Assembly: GCA_963707595.1 (NCBI GenBank)
Contig: CAVPQQ010000002.1
Location: 888,117 to 952,116, forward strand
Direction of reading: 5' to 3'
Source of the DNA: an uncultured Solirubrobacteraceae bacterium
Lineage (GTDB): Bacteria; Actinomycetota; Thermoleophilia; Solirubrobacterales; Solirubrobacteraceae
DNA: 64,000 nt
The translations under genes were made by a program, and so were the position numbers. Under the pieces are notes generated by a model that saw nothing but the letters and a program-made list of their open reading frames with translations, was not told the DNA's origin and did no database searches. Below are positions 25,221 to 37,298 of this stretch, piece by piece. The first letter of the stretch is position 1; each line of letters starts with the position of its first letter.

Positions 25221-26186
25221 GGCTCCAGCACCACCTTGCCGGTCGCGCGCGCGACCGTCGATCAGCGCGAGCGCCTCCGCGGCCCGCTCGAGCGGGAGCC
25301 GGGCGCCCACGAGCGGCGTGCACGTGGCCGCGCCTCGATCAGCTCGTCGAGCGCTTCGCGCGATCTGCCGCGATCGACCTCCGGCCGTGTGCCGATGTAC
25401 GCGCCCCAGCCCGCGCCGACGACCTCGAGGTTGTTCAGCAGCAGCCGGTTGACCTTGACCTCGGGGATCGAGCCGCCGGTGAAGCCGACGACCACCAGGC
25501 GCCCGTCCGTGTTCAGCGAGCGCAGGCTGTCGGTGAAGCGATCGCCGCCGACGGGGTCGATCACGATGTCGGCGCCGCCGAGCGCCTTGACCTCGTCCTT
25601 CCAGGGGCCGTCGGAGCGGACCACCTCGTCGGCGCCCGGCGTCGCGCGCCACCTGCTCCTTCTCGTCGGTGGAGACGACCGCGATCGTGCGCGCGCCGAG
25701 GCCCTTGGCGACCTGCAGCGACGCGGTGCCGACGCCGCCCGCGGCGCCGTGGACGAGCACCGTCTCGCCCTCGGCCAGCCGCCCGCGGGTGACCAGCGAG
25801 AAGTAGGCCGTGTGGTAGTTGAGGATCAGCCCGGCGCCCTGCGCGAAGTCGAGCCGGTCGGGCAGCTTGAAGGTGAAGTGCGCGCGGGGCGAGCGTCGAC
25901 CTCGGCGAAGCCGCCGAGCATGCAGAACGCCGGCGACGCGGTCGCCCGCCTTGACGCTCGCGCCCTCGGGCGCGCTTCGCACGATGCCCGCCGACCTCGC
26001 TGCCCGGGACGAACGGCAGCTCGGGCTTGAGCTGGTAGGCGCCGCGGGTCTGCAGCACCTCGGGGAAGGAGACGCCGGCGGCGCGGACGTCGATCACGAC
26101 ACCGTCGCCGACCGGCTCCGGGAATGTCGGACGAGCTTCAGCGCCGACTCCGGTCCGCTGAGCTCCACGATCTGGATCGCTCGCAT
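25217..26186 (-). CDS. NADPH:quinone oxidoreductase (MDR family, frameshifted)
   Basis: PFVPGSE, VLVHGAAGGVG, GKVVL. Confidence 0.9.
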
Positions 26187-26227
26187 GAGTCAACACCCTA
26201 CGCGCGCGACGTGCCATCGTTAGCCGT

Positions 26228-27331
26228 ATGAGTGCAACCGCGGTGAACGAACGCCTGGCCGCGCTGACCGCGGCGGGCACGAGCGTGTGGCTGGATCAGC
26301 TCTCTCGAGGAGTCCTGGAGTCCGGCGAGCTGGCGCGTATGGTCGAGGAGGAGTCGCTGCGCGGCGTCACCTCCAACCCGGCGATCTTCGAGAAGTCGAT
26401 CCTCGGCTCAGCCGACTACGACGCCGATCTGAAGCGCCTGGCCGACGAGGGCAAGAGCGCGCGCGAGATCTATCGCGCGATGGCGCTGCACGACGTCCAG
26501 GCCGCCTGCGACGTCCTGCGCCCCGTCTACGACGCGACCGGCGGCGTCGACGGCTACGTCTCCTGGGAGGTCGCGCCGCGTCTCGCGCACGACACCGCGG
26601 GCACGCTCGAGCAGGGCCGGATGTACTGGGACCTGGTCGACCGGCCGAACCTGATGATCAAGATCCCGGCCACCGACGAGGGCCTGCCGGCGATCGAGGA
26701 GGCCCTCTTCGACGGCCTCAACATCAACGTCACGCTGCTCTTCAGCGTCGCGGCCTACGAGAAGGTGATGGAGGCCTACATCCGCGCGATGGAGCGCCGC
26801 CTGGAGGCCGGCAAGCCGCTGGACCGCCACTCCGTCGCGTCGTTCTTCGTCTCGCGCGTCGACACCGAGGTCGACAAGCGGCTCGAGGCCCTGGGGAACA
26901 CCGAGCTGCAGGGCACGGCCGGCCTGGCCAACGCCCGCGCCGCCTACCAGGCGTTCGAGCGCGTCTTCGGCGGCGAGCGCTTCGCCGCGCTGCGCGAGGC
27001 CGGCTGCCCGGTCCAGCGCCCGCTGTGGGCCTCGACGGGCGTCAAGAACCCGGCCTACTCGCCGACGCTCTACGTCTACGGGCTCGTCGCGCCGGACACC
27101 GTGAACACGATGCCGCTGCCGGTGCTGCAGGCCTCCGGCACCTCCGGCGAGGTCACCGGGGCGACGGGCGCCGAGGATCCGACCGCCGACCTGAAGGCGC
27201 TGGCCGACGCGGGCATCGACCTCGACGACGTGACCGATCAGCTGCTGCGCGAGGGGATCGACGCGTTCATGGTCCCGATGAAGAAGCTGCTCGACGGGAT
27301 CGAGACCAAGCGGGCCGAGATCACCGCGTAG
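26228..27331 (+). CDS. tal: transaldolase
   Basis: SVWLD, GVTSNPAIF, MIKIPAT, NVTLLFS, SFFVSRVD, LWAST. Confidence 0.96.
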   Translation: MSATAVNERLAALTAAGTSVWLDQLSRGVLESGELARMVEEESLRGVTSNPAIFEKSILGSADYDADLKRLADEGKSAREIYRAMALHDVQAACDVLRPVYDATGGVDGYVSWEVAPRLAHDTAGTLEQGRMYWDLVDRPNLMIKIPATDEGLPAIEEALFDGLNINVTLLFSVAAYEKVMEAYIRAMERRLEAGKPLDRHSVASFFVSRVDTEVDKRLEALGNTELQGTAGLANARAAYQAFERVFGGERFAALREAGCPVQRPLWASTGVKNPAYSPTLYVYGLVAPDTVNTMPLPVLQASGTSGEVTGATGAEDPTADLKALADAGIDLDDVTDQLLREGIDAFMVPMKKLLDGIETKRAEITA

Positions 27332-28067
27332 CGAGCGGTCGAGATCGAAGCCTTCGGGCAGCTCCAGGTCGTGCGCGGCCAGGAGCTGCTCGTCTCGGAG
27401 GAGCTCGTGGGTGGGCCGGTCGGCGACGATCCGGCCCGCTGACAGCAGGACGGCGCGCTCGCACAGTCTCGCGGCGAGCGGCAGGTCGTGGGTGACGATC
27501 AGCAGCGTGCGCTCGATCTCGTCGAGCGTCTCGATCAGCTCGCGCCGGGTGCGCGGATCGAGGTTCGCGGACGGCTCGTCGAGCACGAGCAGGCTCGGGT
27601 CGCATCGCCAGCACGGTGGCGATCGCGACGCGCCGTCGCTGGCCGAGCGAGAGCTGGTGCGGGCGCGCGCTGTCCGTGCTCGCCCATGCGGACGCTTGTC
27701 GAGCGCCTGGCGTGACGCGGTCCTCGACCTCGGGCTTGGAGAGGCCGAGGTTGAGCGGGCCGAAGGCGACGTCCTCGCGCACCGTCGGCATGAAGAGCTG
27801 GTCGTCGGGGTCCTGGAAGATCAGGCCGACGCGGGCGCGCAGGTCGCGCACGTCGTCGTGGCCGACGCGCAGGCCCGCGACCTCGAGCTCGCCCTGGCCG
27901 TTCAGCAGCGCGTTGAGGTGCAGCATCAGCGTCGTCTTGCCGGCGCCGTTGGGGCCGAGCACGGCGACGCGCTCGCCGTGGGTGACGTGCAGGTCGAGCC
28001 CGTCGAGGCCGATGACGCCGTTCGGGTACGTGAAGCGCAGGTCGCGGGCGTGGATGGCGCAGCTCAT
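27321..28067 (-). CDS. cbiO: ECF Ni/Co transporter ATPase (frameshifted)
   Basis: GPNGAGKTT, FQDPDDQLF, LSLGQ, LDEP. Confidence 0.88.
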   Translation of the reverse strand: MSCAIHARDLRFTYPNGVIGLDGLDLHVTHGERVAVLGPNGAGKTTLMLHLNALLNGQGELEVAGLRVGHDDVRDLRARVGLIFQDPDDQLFMPTVREDVAFGPLNLGLSKPEVEDRVTPGARQASAWASTDSARPHQLSLGQRRRVAIATVLAMRPEPARARRAVREPRSAHPARADRDARRDRAHAADRHPRPAARRETVRARRPAVSGPDRRRPAHPRAPPRRAAPGRARPGAARRLRSRPLATR

Positions 28068-28827
28068 GCCAGCACCCGGGTCGCCAGCAGCGGCGTCGCG
28101 AGTGCGACCAGGAAGAGCGTGTCGGCGCGGCGGAAGCTGAGAACGTCCAGACGCGGCATCGCCTGGTTCCAGCCGCTGGCGAGCATCGCCAGGTGCACGC
28201 GCTCCGCGCGCTCGTAGGTCCTGCAGGAAGAGCGCGGTGGCGACGCGGCCGATCGCTTGCACCTGCAGCGCGTGTCTTGGCGCGTAGCCGCGCGCGGCGA
28301 GGGCCGCGCGCATCCGCCGGACCTCCTCGACGATCACGAACAGGTAGCGGTACATGAAGGCCGCGATCAGCACGAGCAGCTTCGGCGCCTTGAGGCGCTC
28401 GAGCGCGTGCAGGACGTCGGGGAAGCTCGTCGTCGCGCCGAGCAGGACGGCGCTGAGCGTGCCGAGGATCGCCTTCGCGCTGACGGCCGCGAGCACGGCC
28501 AGGCCGGCCTCGGAGACCTCGAACGGGCCGAGCTCGATCGTCGCCCCGCCCTTGCGCACGAACGGGACGAAGATGGCGACGAAGAGCACCAGCGGGAGCA
28601 CGACCCGCGCGCGGGTCCAGAGCGTTCCCGGGCCGACTCGCGCCGTGATCGCGACCGCGGTCAGCGCGAGCGCGCAGGCGACCCAGACCGGCCACGCGTG
28701 CAGCGGCGTCGTGACCGCGACGAGCGTGACCCCGGTCAGCCCGAGCAGCTTCGCCCGTGGGTCCAGGCGGTGGATCGGGCTCTCGGGATTCCCCGCGACG
28801 CCGGCGTTGGAGCTGCTGGGCGCTCAT
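28064..28827 (-). CDS. cbiQ: ECF Ni/Co transporter T component (frameshifted)
   Basis: SPIHRLDPRAK, FMYRYLFV, ARG motifs. Confidence 0.88.
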
Positions 28828-29108
28828 GCGGTGACCGGGCGCCTCCGCGCGGTCTTGACGAGGGCGAAGCCGAGCGCGAAGACGATCAGCGTGCCGGTGA
28901 AGCCGGCGAGGCCCTTGGCGAGCTTCTCGTTGTGCACGCCCGGGAAGGCGTAGCCGGAGACCGGCGCTTCGTGCGTGGTGCCGCGCTGCTCGAACGCGTG
29001 ATCGGCGGCGACGCGGTTCAGCCCGTCGGGCGCGGTGGAGGCGAACGGCGACACGGCGGTGGCGAGGCCGATCGCGAGCGCGAGGGCGAGGATCGTGAAG
29101 ACGCGCAT
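28824..29108 (-). CDS. PDGLE-domain (NikN-like) protein
   Basis: SPFASTAPDGLNRV. Confidence 0.85.
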   Translation of the reverse strand: MRVFTILALALAIGLATAVSPFASTAPDGLNRVAADHAFEQRGTTHEAPVSGYAFPGVHNEKLAKGLAGFTGTLIVFALGFALVKTARRRPVTA

Positions 29109-29111
29109 GGC

Positions 29112-29750
29112 TCAGGCGGTCGCCGCGAGCCGGCCGCGGACGAGGTCCGGGCGCGTGGACAGGACGGCGCTGACCGCGGCGACGGTGATGATCGCCTCGC
29201 CGGCGCCGATCAGCGCGTGCGTGCCGAGCATCGCCGGCAGCACGGTGTGCAGCGGGACCGTGCCGGAGATCGCAAGCTCCAACGCGGTCGCGGTGGCCCC
29301 GGCCATCACCGCGAGCCAGGCGCCGGCGGCGGCGATCGGGAGGATCGCCTTCGGCGCGAGGGTGCGGGCGAAGTGCATCAGCCCGCCGACCAGCAGCGCG
29401 CCGATCACGCCCATGTTGAGGATGTTCGCCCCGAGCGCGGTGATGCCGCCGTCGGCGAAGACGAAGGCCTGCACCCCGAGCACGACCGCCATCGTCAGAC
29501 AGGCGAGCCATGGCCCGAGCAGGATCGCCGCGAGCGCGGCGCCGAGGAAGTGGCCGCTGGTGCCTCCGGCGACCGGGAAGTTGAGCATCTGGGCGGCGAA
29601 CACGAACGCGGCGGTCACGCCGAGCAGCGGCACGCGGCGCTCGTCGAGGTCGACGCTCGCGCGCCGCAGGCCGATGCCGACGCAGACTGCCGCCGGCACC
29701 GCGCACGCGAGCGCGACCTCGGGGGTGAGGAAGCCGTCAGGGATGTGCAT
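29112..29750 (-). CDS. cbiM: ECF Ni/Co transporter S component (CbiM/NikM)
   Basis: N-terminal MHIPDGFL, GTSGHFLG, ADGGITALGAN. Confidence 0.93.
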   Translation of the reverse strand: MHIPDGFLTPEVALACAVPAAVCVGIGLRRASVDLDERRVPLLGVTAAFVFAAQMLNFPVAGGTSGHFLGAALAAILLGPWLACLTMAVVLGVQAFVFADGGITALGANILNMGVIGALLVGGLMHFARTLAPKAILPIAAAGAWLAVMAGATATALELAISGTVPLHTVLPAMLGTHALIGAGEAIITVAAVSAVLSTRPDLVRGRLAATA

Positions 29751-30189
29751 GGCCTTCGTCCTCCTGGCAGGTGGCGCAGACGCCGACGATCGGGAAGTGG
29801 GTGAAGCGGGGGCGGTAGCCGAGCTCGTCTTGGATCGCGTCCTTGGCGGCTTCGAGGCGGTGCGGCTCGACGGCCTCGTAGGCGCCGCAGCGCTCGCACG
29901 TGACGAACTCGGTGTCCGCGCCCGCGAGCGAGTACAGGCCTGGGCCGTGGCCGAGGTGCACGTGGCGGACGAGGCCGACCTCCTCGAGCGTGTCGAGGTT
30001 GCGGTAGACCGAGGCGAGGTCGCCGTCCTTGGCGAGCTCCTCGGCCTTGCGCGGGCGGGAGTCCGCGTAGAGGGTCTCGAGGACCTGCCGGCGGGAGGCC
30101 GAGATCCGGAGGCCGCGGGCGCGCAGCGCGTCGAGCGCGGAAGCGAGATCGGGCGCATGCAGCGCCGGGGCATGGTGCGCCAGCGTCAT
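29737..30189 (-). CDS. Fur-family regulator (possibly Nur-like)
   Basis: GLRISASR, SVYRNLDTLEEVGLV, HLGHG, two CxxC motifs. Confidence 0.88.
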   Translation of the reverse strand: MTLAHHAPALHAPDLASALDALRARGLRISASRRQVLETLYADSRPRKAEELAKDGDLASVYRNLDTLEEVGLVRHVHLGHGPGLYSLAGADTEFVTCERCGAYEAVEPHRLEAAKDAIQDELGYRPRFTHFPIVGVCATCQEDEGHAHP

Positions 30190-30217
30190 GGGCTCGAGTT
30201 TCCTGGGGGTGGGTTGC

Positions 30218-30238
30218 AATTGCAAGTGATTCGCAGTT
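30218..30238. promoter_or_regulatory. Fur-family (Nur-box-like) operator
   Basis: Imperfect palindrome AATTGCAAGTGATTCGCAGTT (TGCAA-N5-TcGCA) just upstream of the Fur gene. Confidence 0.6.
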
Positions 30239-31529
30239 AGGAGAGGGTGGGGATCGCGTGGGCCGTCAGAACACAGCCCACGAGGACGATCGCGACGGCT
30301 GAGGCGGCGGGCAGCGCGGTCATGACGTTGCCGGGGAGCGGGAGCCTGCGGGCATAGACGACGGCGAGGCCGAGGGCGGTGAGCGTGGCGGCGAGGCCGG
30401 CGCTGAAGGCGACGATCAGGAGCATGCCGAGCGCGACCTGGTCCTGGCTGATCGCGCCGAGGAGCACGACGAGCGCGGACGGGCACGGGATCAGGCCGGC
30501 GGCGGCGCCCATCGCGAGCAGGCTCCGCTTGTCCTCGTGGTGGTGATGATGCGAGTGGCCGTGGTGATGGTGGTCGTGGTGCTTGCGCTTCTTGAGCTGC
30601 CGGCGCAGGACGCTGGCGCCGACGCCGACGACGAGCAGGCCCGAGAGGAGGTTCAGGTAGGGGAAGAGGTCCTCGGGCAGGATGTACTGGCTCAGGCCGA
30701 GCGTGATCAGGCCGAGCGCGAAGACGCCCGCGGTGTGGGTGGCGGTGACGATCCCGCCCAGCGCCACGGCGTCGCGCGGCTTGCCGCTCGTGCCGACGAG
30801 GTACGCAGCGACCATCGCCTTGCCGTGGCCGGGGGAGAGCGCGTGGATCGCGCCCCAGCCGAACGCGGCGACGAGCAGCAGGAGCAGCACGCCGTCGCCG
30901 TCGTCGTCGAGGATGTTCGCGAAGCCGTCCGTGGCGGTCTTGCCGGTGGACTTCCTTGCCCCGGGCGCGTCGAGCGTCCCGGCGCCGGGGCGGACTTCGA
31001 AGCTTGCTCGGCGCAGGTCTTCGGGGGACTTGAGGAGGTCCTTGGGGTAGGTGCGCAGGCCGTTGGTCGGGTCGGTCGCGGGCGCGCTCGAACGGGTCGC
31101 CGTGTCCTCGCCGGGGCGGGCGACGATCGCCTTCCAGCCGACGCGGCCGGGATACGTCCCGTCTTCGAGCTTCACGCTGCGCGGGCTCTCGGCTTCCGCC
31201 GTCAGCGGCAGCACGACGCGCGTCGTCTTCAGGCCGCTCTGCCCGAGCGGGTGCGTGAAGCTGGGCTCGCCGCTCGGGCGCAGCGCGACGGTCCGCCCGT
31301 CGACGCGCAGCGACAGCCGCTTGGCGACCTCGGCCCGGACCTTGCCGAGCTCGACGCTCTTCTGGAACGTCGGGATCTCCGCGCCGTCGAGGACGTACGT
31401 GACGTCGACGCGGTCGCTGGAGACGCTGACCTGCGCCAGGTGGTTGATCGAGAAGTTCCCGAGCGGATGCGCAGCGGCCGTCGCGGGGAGGAGTGCGAGA
31501 GCGACGAGGGCGGCCACGATGATGCGCAT
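30237..31529 (-). CDS. RcnA/NicO-like Ni/Co transporter with extracellular N-domain
   Basis: Signal peptide + HPLGNF; HALSPGHGK, His-rich loop, PCPSAL. Confidence 0.88.
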   Translation of the reverse strand: MRIIVAALVALALLPATAAAHPLGNFSINHLAQVSVSSDRVDVTYVLDGAEIPTFQKSVELGKVRAEVAKRLSLRVDGRTVALRPSGEPSFTHPLGQSGLKTTRVVLPLTAEAESPRSVKLEDGTYPGRVGWKAIVARPGEDTATRSSAPATDPTNGLRTYPKDLLKSPEDLRRASFEVRPGAGTLDAPGARKSTGKTATDGFANILDDDGDGVLLLLLVAAFGWGAIHALSPGHGKAMVAAYLVGTSGKPRDAVALGGIVTATHTAGVFALGLITLGLSQYILPEDLFPYLNLLSGLLVVGVGASVLRRQLKKRKHHDHHHHGHSHHHHHEDKRSLLAMGAAAGLIPCPSALVVLLGAISQDQVALGMLLIVAFSAGLAATLTALGLAVVYARRLPLPGNVMTALPAASAVAIVLVGCVLTAHAIPTLS

Positions 31530-31582
31530 GTCACCGTTGCGCGCCAGAGGCCCGCATGGTTCTAAGACTTGTTGCGAGCCGA

Positions 31583-31859
31583 ATGCAGTTCACACAATTG
31601 GCGACCGTGATCGTCCCGGTCAGCGATCAGGACCAAGCGGTCGAGTTCTACGTCTCCGCGCTCGGCTTCGAGAACCGTTGACGACATCGACGCGCACCAC
31701 GCCGACCTGCGTTCGCGCGGCGTCGACGTGGACGAGACGATCCTGCGCCCCGGCCATCCCGTCGTGTACTGGGCCGGCGCACCGCTGGCGGGCAACCCGC
31801 CGATGTTCTTCCTGCGCGATCCGGACGGAAACTCCCTCCTGATCGTCCAGGGCGGCTAG
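31583..31859 (+). pseudogene. VOC/glyoxalase gene with internal deletion
   Basis: N-part VPVSDQDQAVEFY..LGFE stops at 31679-31681; C-part DDIDAHHADLRSRGVDV...FFLRDPDGN is in another frame; middle appears missing. Confidence 0.7.
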
Positions 31860-33022
31860 TAGGCCTCGAGCTGTTCCTCGTCGGCCTTGCGGTTGGAGAG
31901 GCCGGCGCACAGCACCGCCAGACCGGTGATCAGCCAGAGGTACTCGTGCGGCGAGAGCGTGGCGTGGAAGCGGCCGAGTTGGAAGATCAACACGAGCAGG
32001 ACGACGCGCGCGATCCTGCCGAGCCGCGTCGTCGAGACCATGAACACGCGCGTTCCCAGCAGGTAGATGCCCAGCCCGATGCACGGCAGCCAATAGGCGA
32101 TCGCGGGCGGGTCCTCCTCGAGCAGCAGGCCGACGCCCGCGGCGATCATCAACAGCGCGAAGGACGGGAGCATGTGGCCGACGGCGAAGATCGCCCGCGC
32201 GATCGTCGGCGAGCCGCCTGAGAGCTCGAGCACCTTGAGATTGACCTCGGCCGCGGCGTCGAAGTAGAGCCACCACAGCGCGGCGGTGAGGATCATCGCC
32301 GCCACCAGCGCCGCCCAGCCACCGGCCGTCGCGACGTGCCCGTCGACCGACGCCTGGCCGGCCTCGACGACCACCTCGCCGAGCAGGATGATCAGGAACA
32401 GCCCGAAGCGCTCGGCGAAGTGATGCGAGTCCAGCGCCTCCGCCGGGTCGGTCGGGGCGAAGGCGTTGAGGTCGCGATCGCGACGGCCGCGCCTGGCCGT
32501 CCGCCGGTCCTCGTTGAGCACGGCGCCCGACTCGATGCCGATGCCGACGAACCACAGCACGTAGCGCAATGGCTCGGGCACGACGATCGAGATGGCGAAC
32601 AGCGCCGCGGAGGCCAGATAGGCGAGCGCGATCCGGTGCTGCAGCGCTTCGCGCCAGCCGCCGTGGGCCGCGTGCGCGCCCGCAAGGACAAGCCGCACCA
32701 GACAGAGGCTGAGCGCGAAGGCAGTGGCGTTGCCGGCGGCCGCCGGCTCGATCGCGACCGCCGCGACGCCCGTGGGCACGCTTCCGATCAGGAACAGCAA
32801 CCGCTGGCTGCGATCGTCCGCCCCTTGGCGGTTGTAGAGGACCGCGAAGCCGACCCAGGTCCACCACAGCACGAAGAACAGCCCGAGCGCGATCCACACG
32901 CTGCGCCCCACCGGCTCCGCGACGATCAGGTGCGAGAGCTGGCCGACGGCCAGCACGAAGATCACGTCGAGGTAGAGCTCGACGAACGAGACGCGCTTGC
33001 CCGGGGCCTCCACGCGCCCCAT
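31856..33022 (-). CDS. low-temperature requirement protein A family
   Basis: SFVELYLDVIFV, HFAERFGLFLIILLGE, LWWLYF. Confidence 0.88.
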   Translation of the reverse strand: MGRVEAPGKRVSFVELYLDVIFVLAVGQLSHLIVAEPVGRSVWIALGLFFVLWWTWVGFAVLYNRQGADDRSQRLLFLIGSVPTGVAAVAIEPAAAGNATAFALSLCLVRLVLAGAHAAHGGWREALQHRIALAYLASAALFAISIVVPEPLRYVLWFVGIGIESGAVLNEDRRTARRGRRDRDLNAFAPTDPAEALDSHHFAERFGLFLIILLGEVVVEAGQASVDGHVATAGGWAALVAAMILTAALWWLYFDAAAEVNLKVLELSGGSPTIARAIFAVGHMLPSFALLMIAAGVGLLLEEDPPAIAYWLPCIGLGIYLLGTRVFMVSTTRLGRIARVVLLVLIFQLGRFHATLSPHEYLWLITGLAVLCAGLSNRKADEEQLEAY

Positions 33023-33045
33023 CCTGCCGGATCTCAGCTTGGGAG

Positions 33046-34521
<1,476 letters not shown>

Positions 34522-34585
34522 TCAAGCCGCTCGGCCGGGCCGCCGATGGGTCCTTGACCTTCATCCGTACCGGAGCGTTCCCCGC

Positions 34586-35338
34586 ATGATCCGATCCGCC
34601 CGCCTCCTGCCGTTGCTCGTCGGCGCCGCTGTGCTCGTGCCCGCGGCCCCGGCGCTCGCCGACGTCGACTGCTCCGACTTCCCCTCTCAGCAGGCGGCGC
34701 AGGACTACTACATCGGGCAGCAGGGCGACCCGGACCGGCTTGATGGCGACAGCGATGGGTGGGCGTGCGAGTCGAACCCTGCGCCGAGGGCGTCCGCTCC
34801 GAAGGGCGTGACCGCCGCGCCGCCCGCGCCGACGCCGACCCCCACCCCGACGCCCACGACCACGGTCGCGCCGACGAAGACTTCAGCGCTTGTCCTGAGC
34901 GTGACCGACGGCGACACGCTCAAGGTCCGCACAGCGAGCGGGCAGCGCGTCACGGTCCGCCTGATCGGCATCGACACGCCCGAGACGCACAAGCCCGGGC
35001 GCGGCGTCGAATGCGGCGGAAGGCAAGCGACAGCGGCCATGCGGAAGCTCGTACTCAGAACGCAGCGCGGGCGCACACTGGGCCGCTCGGTGACGCTCAC
35101 GAGCGACCCGACGCAGGACGCGACGGATCGGTACGGGCGCACCCTCGCCTACGTGAACGTGGTCGGCGGCTCCGACGTCGGCCGCTCGATGGTGACGACC
35201 GGGTGGGCGACCGTCTACGTCTTCGAGGCGCCGTTCGCGCGCCTCGCGACGTTCACCTCCGCGCAGAACGCCGCGAGAACCGCCCCGCGCGGGGTCTGGA
35301 GCGCCTGCGGCGGCAGCTTCCACCGCCTCGGCGCTTAG
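34586..35338 (+). CDS. secreted thermonuclease with Excalibur Ca-binding domain
   Basis: DCSDF...LDGDSDGWACE; DGDT, VRLIGIDTPE, DRYGRTLAYV. Confidence 0.9.
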   Translation: MIRSARLLPLLVGAAVLVPAAPALADVDCSDFPSQQAAQDYYIGQQGDPDRLDGDSDGWACESNPAPRASAPKGVTAAPPAPTPTPTPTPTTTVAPTKTSALVLSVTDGDTLKVRTASGQRVTVRLIGIDTPETHKPGRGVECGGRQATAAMRKLVLRTQRGRTLGRSVTLTSDPTQDATDRYGRTLAYVNVVGGSDVGRSMVTTGWATVYVFEAPFARLATFTSAQNAARTAPRGVWSACGGSFHRLGA

Positions 35339-35399
35339 AGGTCGCAGGCGGCGTCCTCACCCGGCGACACCAGCACGAGAGCCAAATCGCCAGGAAGGG

Positions 35400-35455
35400 A
35401 CGGAGGGGGTGGGATTCGAACCCACGGTCCGCTTGCACGGACTCCGGTTTTCAAG
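35400..35455 (-). repeat. att direct repeat: 3' half of tRNA-Ser(TGA)
   Basis: 56 bp identical to 41054-41109. Confidence 0.93.
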
Positions 35456-35538
35456 CAAGCGGTTTTGTCCGCTGGATTCGGCCTGGGTGGCTGAGCCCAC
35501 GCGGCCGGGAAGGGCCCGGGGAAAGAGCCCTTTCGCGG

Positions 35539-35955
35539 TCATCCCGCCGCCAGCCCGATCGCCGAGCGATCAACGAGGAATCGGTCGAGCAGATCGCGTA
35601 GGACGTGTCGCGCGAGAACCACGTCGAACGCTCGGTGCGCGAGACCGGGAGCAGCAGCATCGGCGACGAAGAAGCGCGCGTCGACCGCGGCCGCTGTCGC
35701 CTTGCCTCGGGCCGCGTCGATCATCCGCGGGGCGATATCTACACCGACGACGGAGTAACCAGCAGAGGCGATCAGGACGGACAGCGACCCCGTTCCGCAG
35801 CCGAGGTCCACCACCGACGCGGGAGCCGCGGGCATCTCCGCCAGCAACAACCGCTTCCACGCGGCATACACAGTTGCGTCACGGAGCCCGTGATCGGGTT
35901 CGTCGTCGAAGTCCGCGGCCTGCGCATCCCAGAAACCGGCGACGTCCTCGGTCAT
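35539..35955 (-). pseudogene. class I SAM methyltransferase, C-terminally truncated
   Basis: FDDEPDHGL, DLGCGTG; family-like sequence stops after DVVLARHV near the att end. Confidence 0.65.
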
Positions 35956-36039
35956 CCGTCGCATGGTCGCAGCCGAGACGGATCGCAGCATGGCGGCTTC
36001 TCCAGGGCCCTTTTGCGGGTCGCGGCGGCGCCGGCGTCA

Positions 36040-36336
36040 TCACAGCTCGCCGGCGGCGAAGCGCAGCAGCTGCGGCGGACCGGTCAGGAGGTCGTCGGCG
36101 TGGTCGAGCAGGCGCCTGAGGTGCGGCGTCTGCCCGTGCGCGGCGAAGGCCTCGTCGTCGGCCCACCGCTCGAGCACGGCGAAGCGGGCCGGCGTGCCCT
36201 CCAGGCGGCGCACGCTGTAGGCGACGTTTCCGGGTTCGGCGCGCGAGGGCGCCACCGCCGCCTTCAGGAGGTCCTCGACGCTGTGGACGTGGTCCTCGGC
36301 CGGGGTGAACAAGGCGATGATTTCGAGTTCGGACAT
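36040..36336 (-). CDS. antibiotic-biosynthesis-monooxygenase (putative quinol monooxygenase) domain protein
   Basis: SRAEPGN, ERWADDEAFAAHGQTPH. Confidence 0.85.
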   Translation of the reverse strand: MSELEIIALFTPAEDHVHSVEDLLKAAVAPSRAEPGNVAYSVRRLEGTPARFAVLERWADDEAFAAHGQTPHLRRLLDHADDLLTGPPQLLRFAAGEL

Positions 36337-36404
36337 GGCTGCGAGCGTATGGACGCGAGTTCCCCAGGGGAAACAGGTGCGGGTTGTGACGTCACAATGG
36401 CGCG

Positions 36405-37298
36405 GTGCCCGAGCTCCGTCGCCTGCGCTATGCCGTGGCCGTCGCCGACGAGCTGAACTTCACGCGTGCGGCGGAGCGGCTCGGGGTGTCCCAGCAGGTG
36501 CTCAGCGAGCAGATCCGCCGGCTCGAGGACGAGCTCGGGCTGCAGGTCTTCGACCGCACGACCCGCCAGGTGCGGGTGACGTCGCACGGGCGTCAGATCC
36601 TCGACGAGGCCCGCGCCGTCGTCGGGGCGGCCGACGCGCTGCGCGATCGCGCGCGCCGGCTGGCCTCCGCGCAGGCCGGTGTGGTGCGCCTCGGCTATTC
36701 GCGATCGACGGCGTTCGACACCGCGCCGCGACTCGTCTCGGCGGTCACGGAGGCCCGGCCCGAGCTGCGCGTGGAGGTGCGCGAGGTGCCGGGCCGCCAG
36801 CTGCCGCAGGCGGTGCGCGACGGCGTCGTCGACGTGGCGCTGTCGCGCTGGGCGGACGACACCGATCAGCTCTTCGCCCACACCCTGCGCCGCCTGCGCT
36901 CCGGGGTGATCCTCCGCGCCGGCGACGCGCTGGCCGGCCGCGCGGAGGTCGCGCTCGGCGACCTCGCGGGACGCTCGCTAGTGATGCACCGCCGGGAGGA
37001 CTCGCCCGCGCGCCACGACGCCACCCTGGCCGCCTGCGCCGAGGCCGGCGTGGAGCCCGAGATCGTCACGCCCCGCCTGCCGTTCGACCCGCTGTTCACC
37101 GACGTCGCGGAGGGGCGGGGCGTCCAGATCGCGTCGGAGTCGATCCGCGGCGCGCTGCCGGCCGGGCTGACGTGGGTCCCGCTGGCCTCGGGCGTCCTCG
37201 AGCAGCGGGTGGACCTGCTCTGGGACCCTGCACGGGCGCATCCGGCGCGCGACGCGTTCCTCGACGAGGCCCGGGCCTGGGCCGGCGCGCAGCGGTGA
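36405..37298 (+). CDS. LysR-family regulator
   Basis: ELRRLRY...FTRAAERLGVSQ..LSEQIRRLE HTH. Confidence 0.93.
   Translation: MPELRRLRYAVAVADELNFTRAAERLGVSQQVLSEQIRRLEDELGLQVFDRTTRQVRVTSHGRQILDEARAVVGAADALRDRARRLASAQAGVVRLGYSRSTAFDTAPRLVSAVTEARPELRVEVREVPGRQLPQAVRDGVVDVALSRWADDTDQLFAHTLRRLRSGVILRAGDALAGRAEVALGDLAGRSLVMHRREDSPARHDATLAACAEAGVEPEIVTPRLPFDPLFTDVAEGRGVQIASESIRGALPAGLTWVPLASGVLEQRVDLLWDPARAHPARDAFLDEARAWAGAQR

Noticed and set aside
35400-35455. Additional tRNA gene
   Set aside because: Lacks the 5' acceptor strand and D arm; it is an att remnant.
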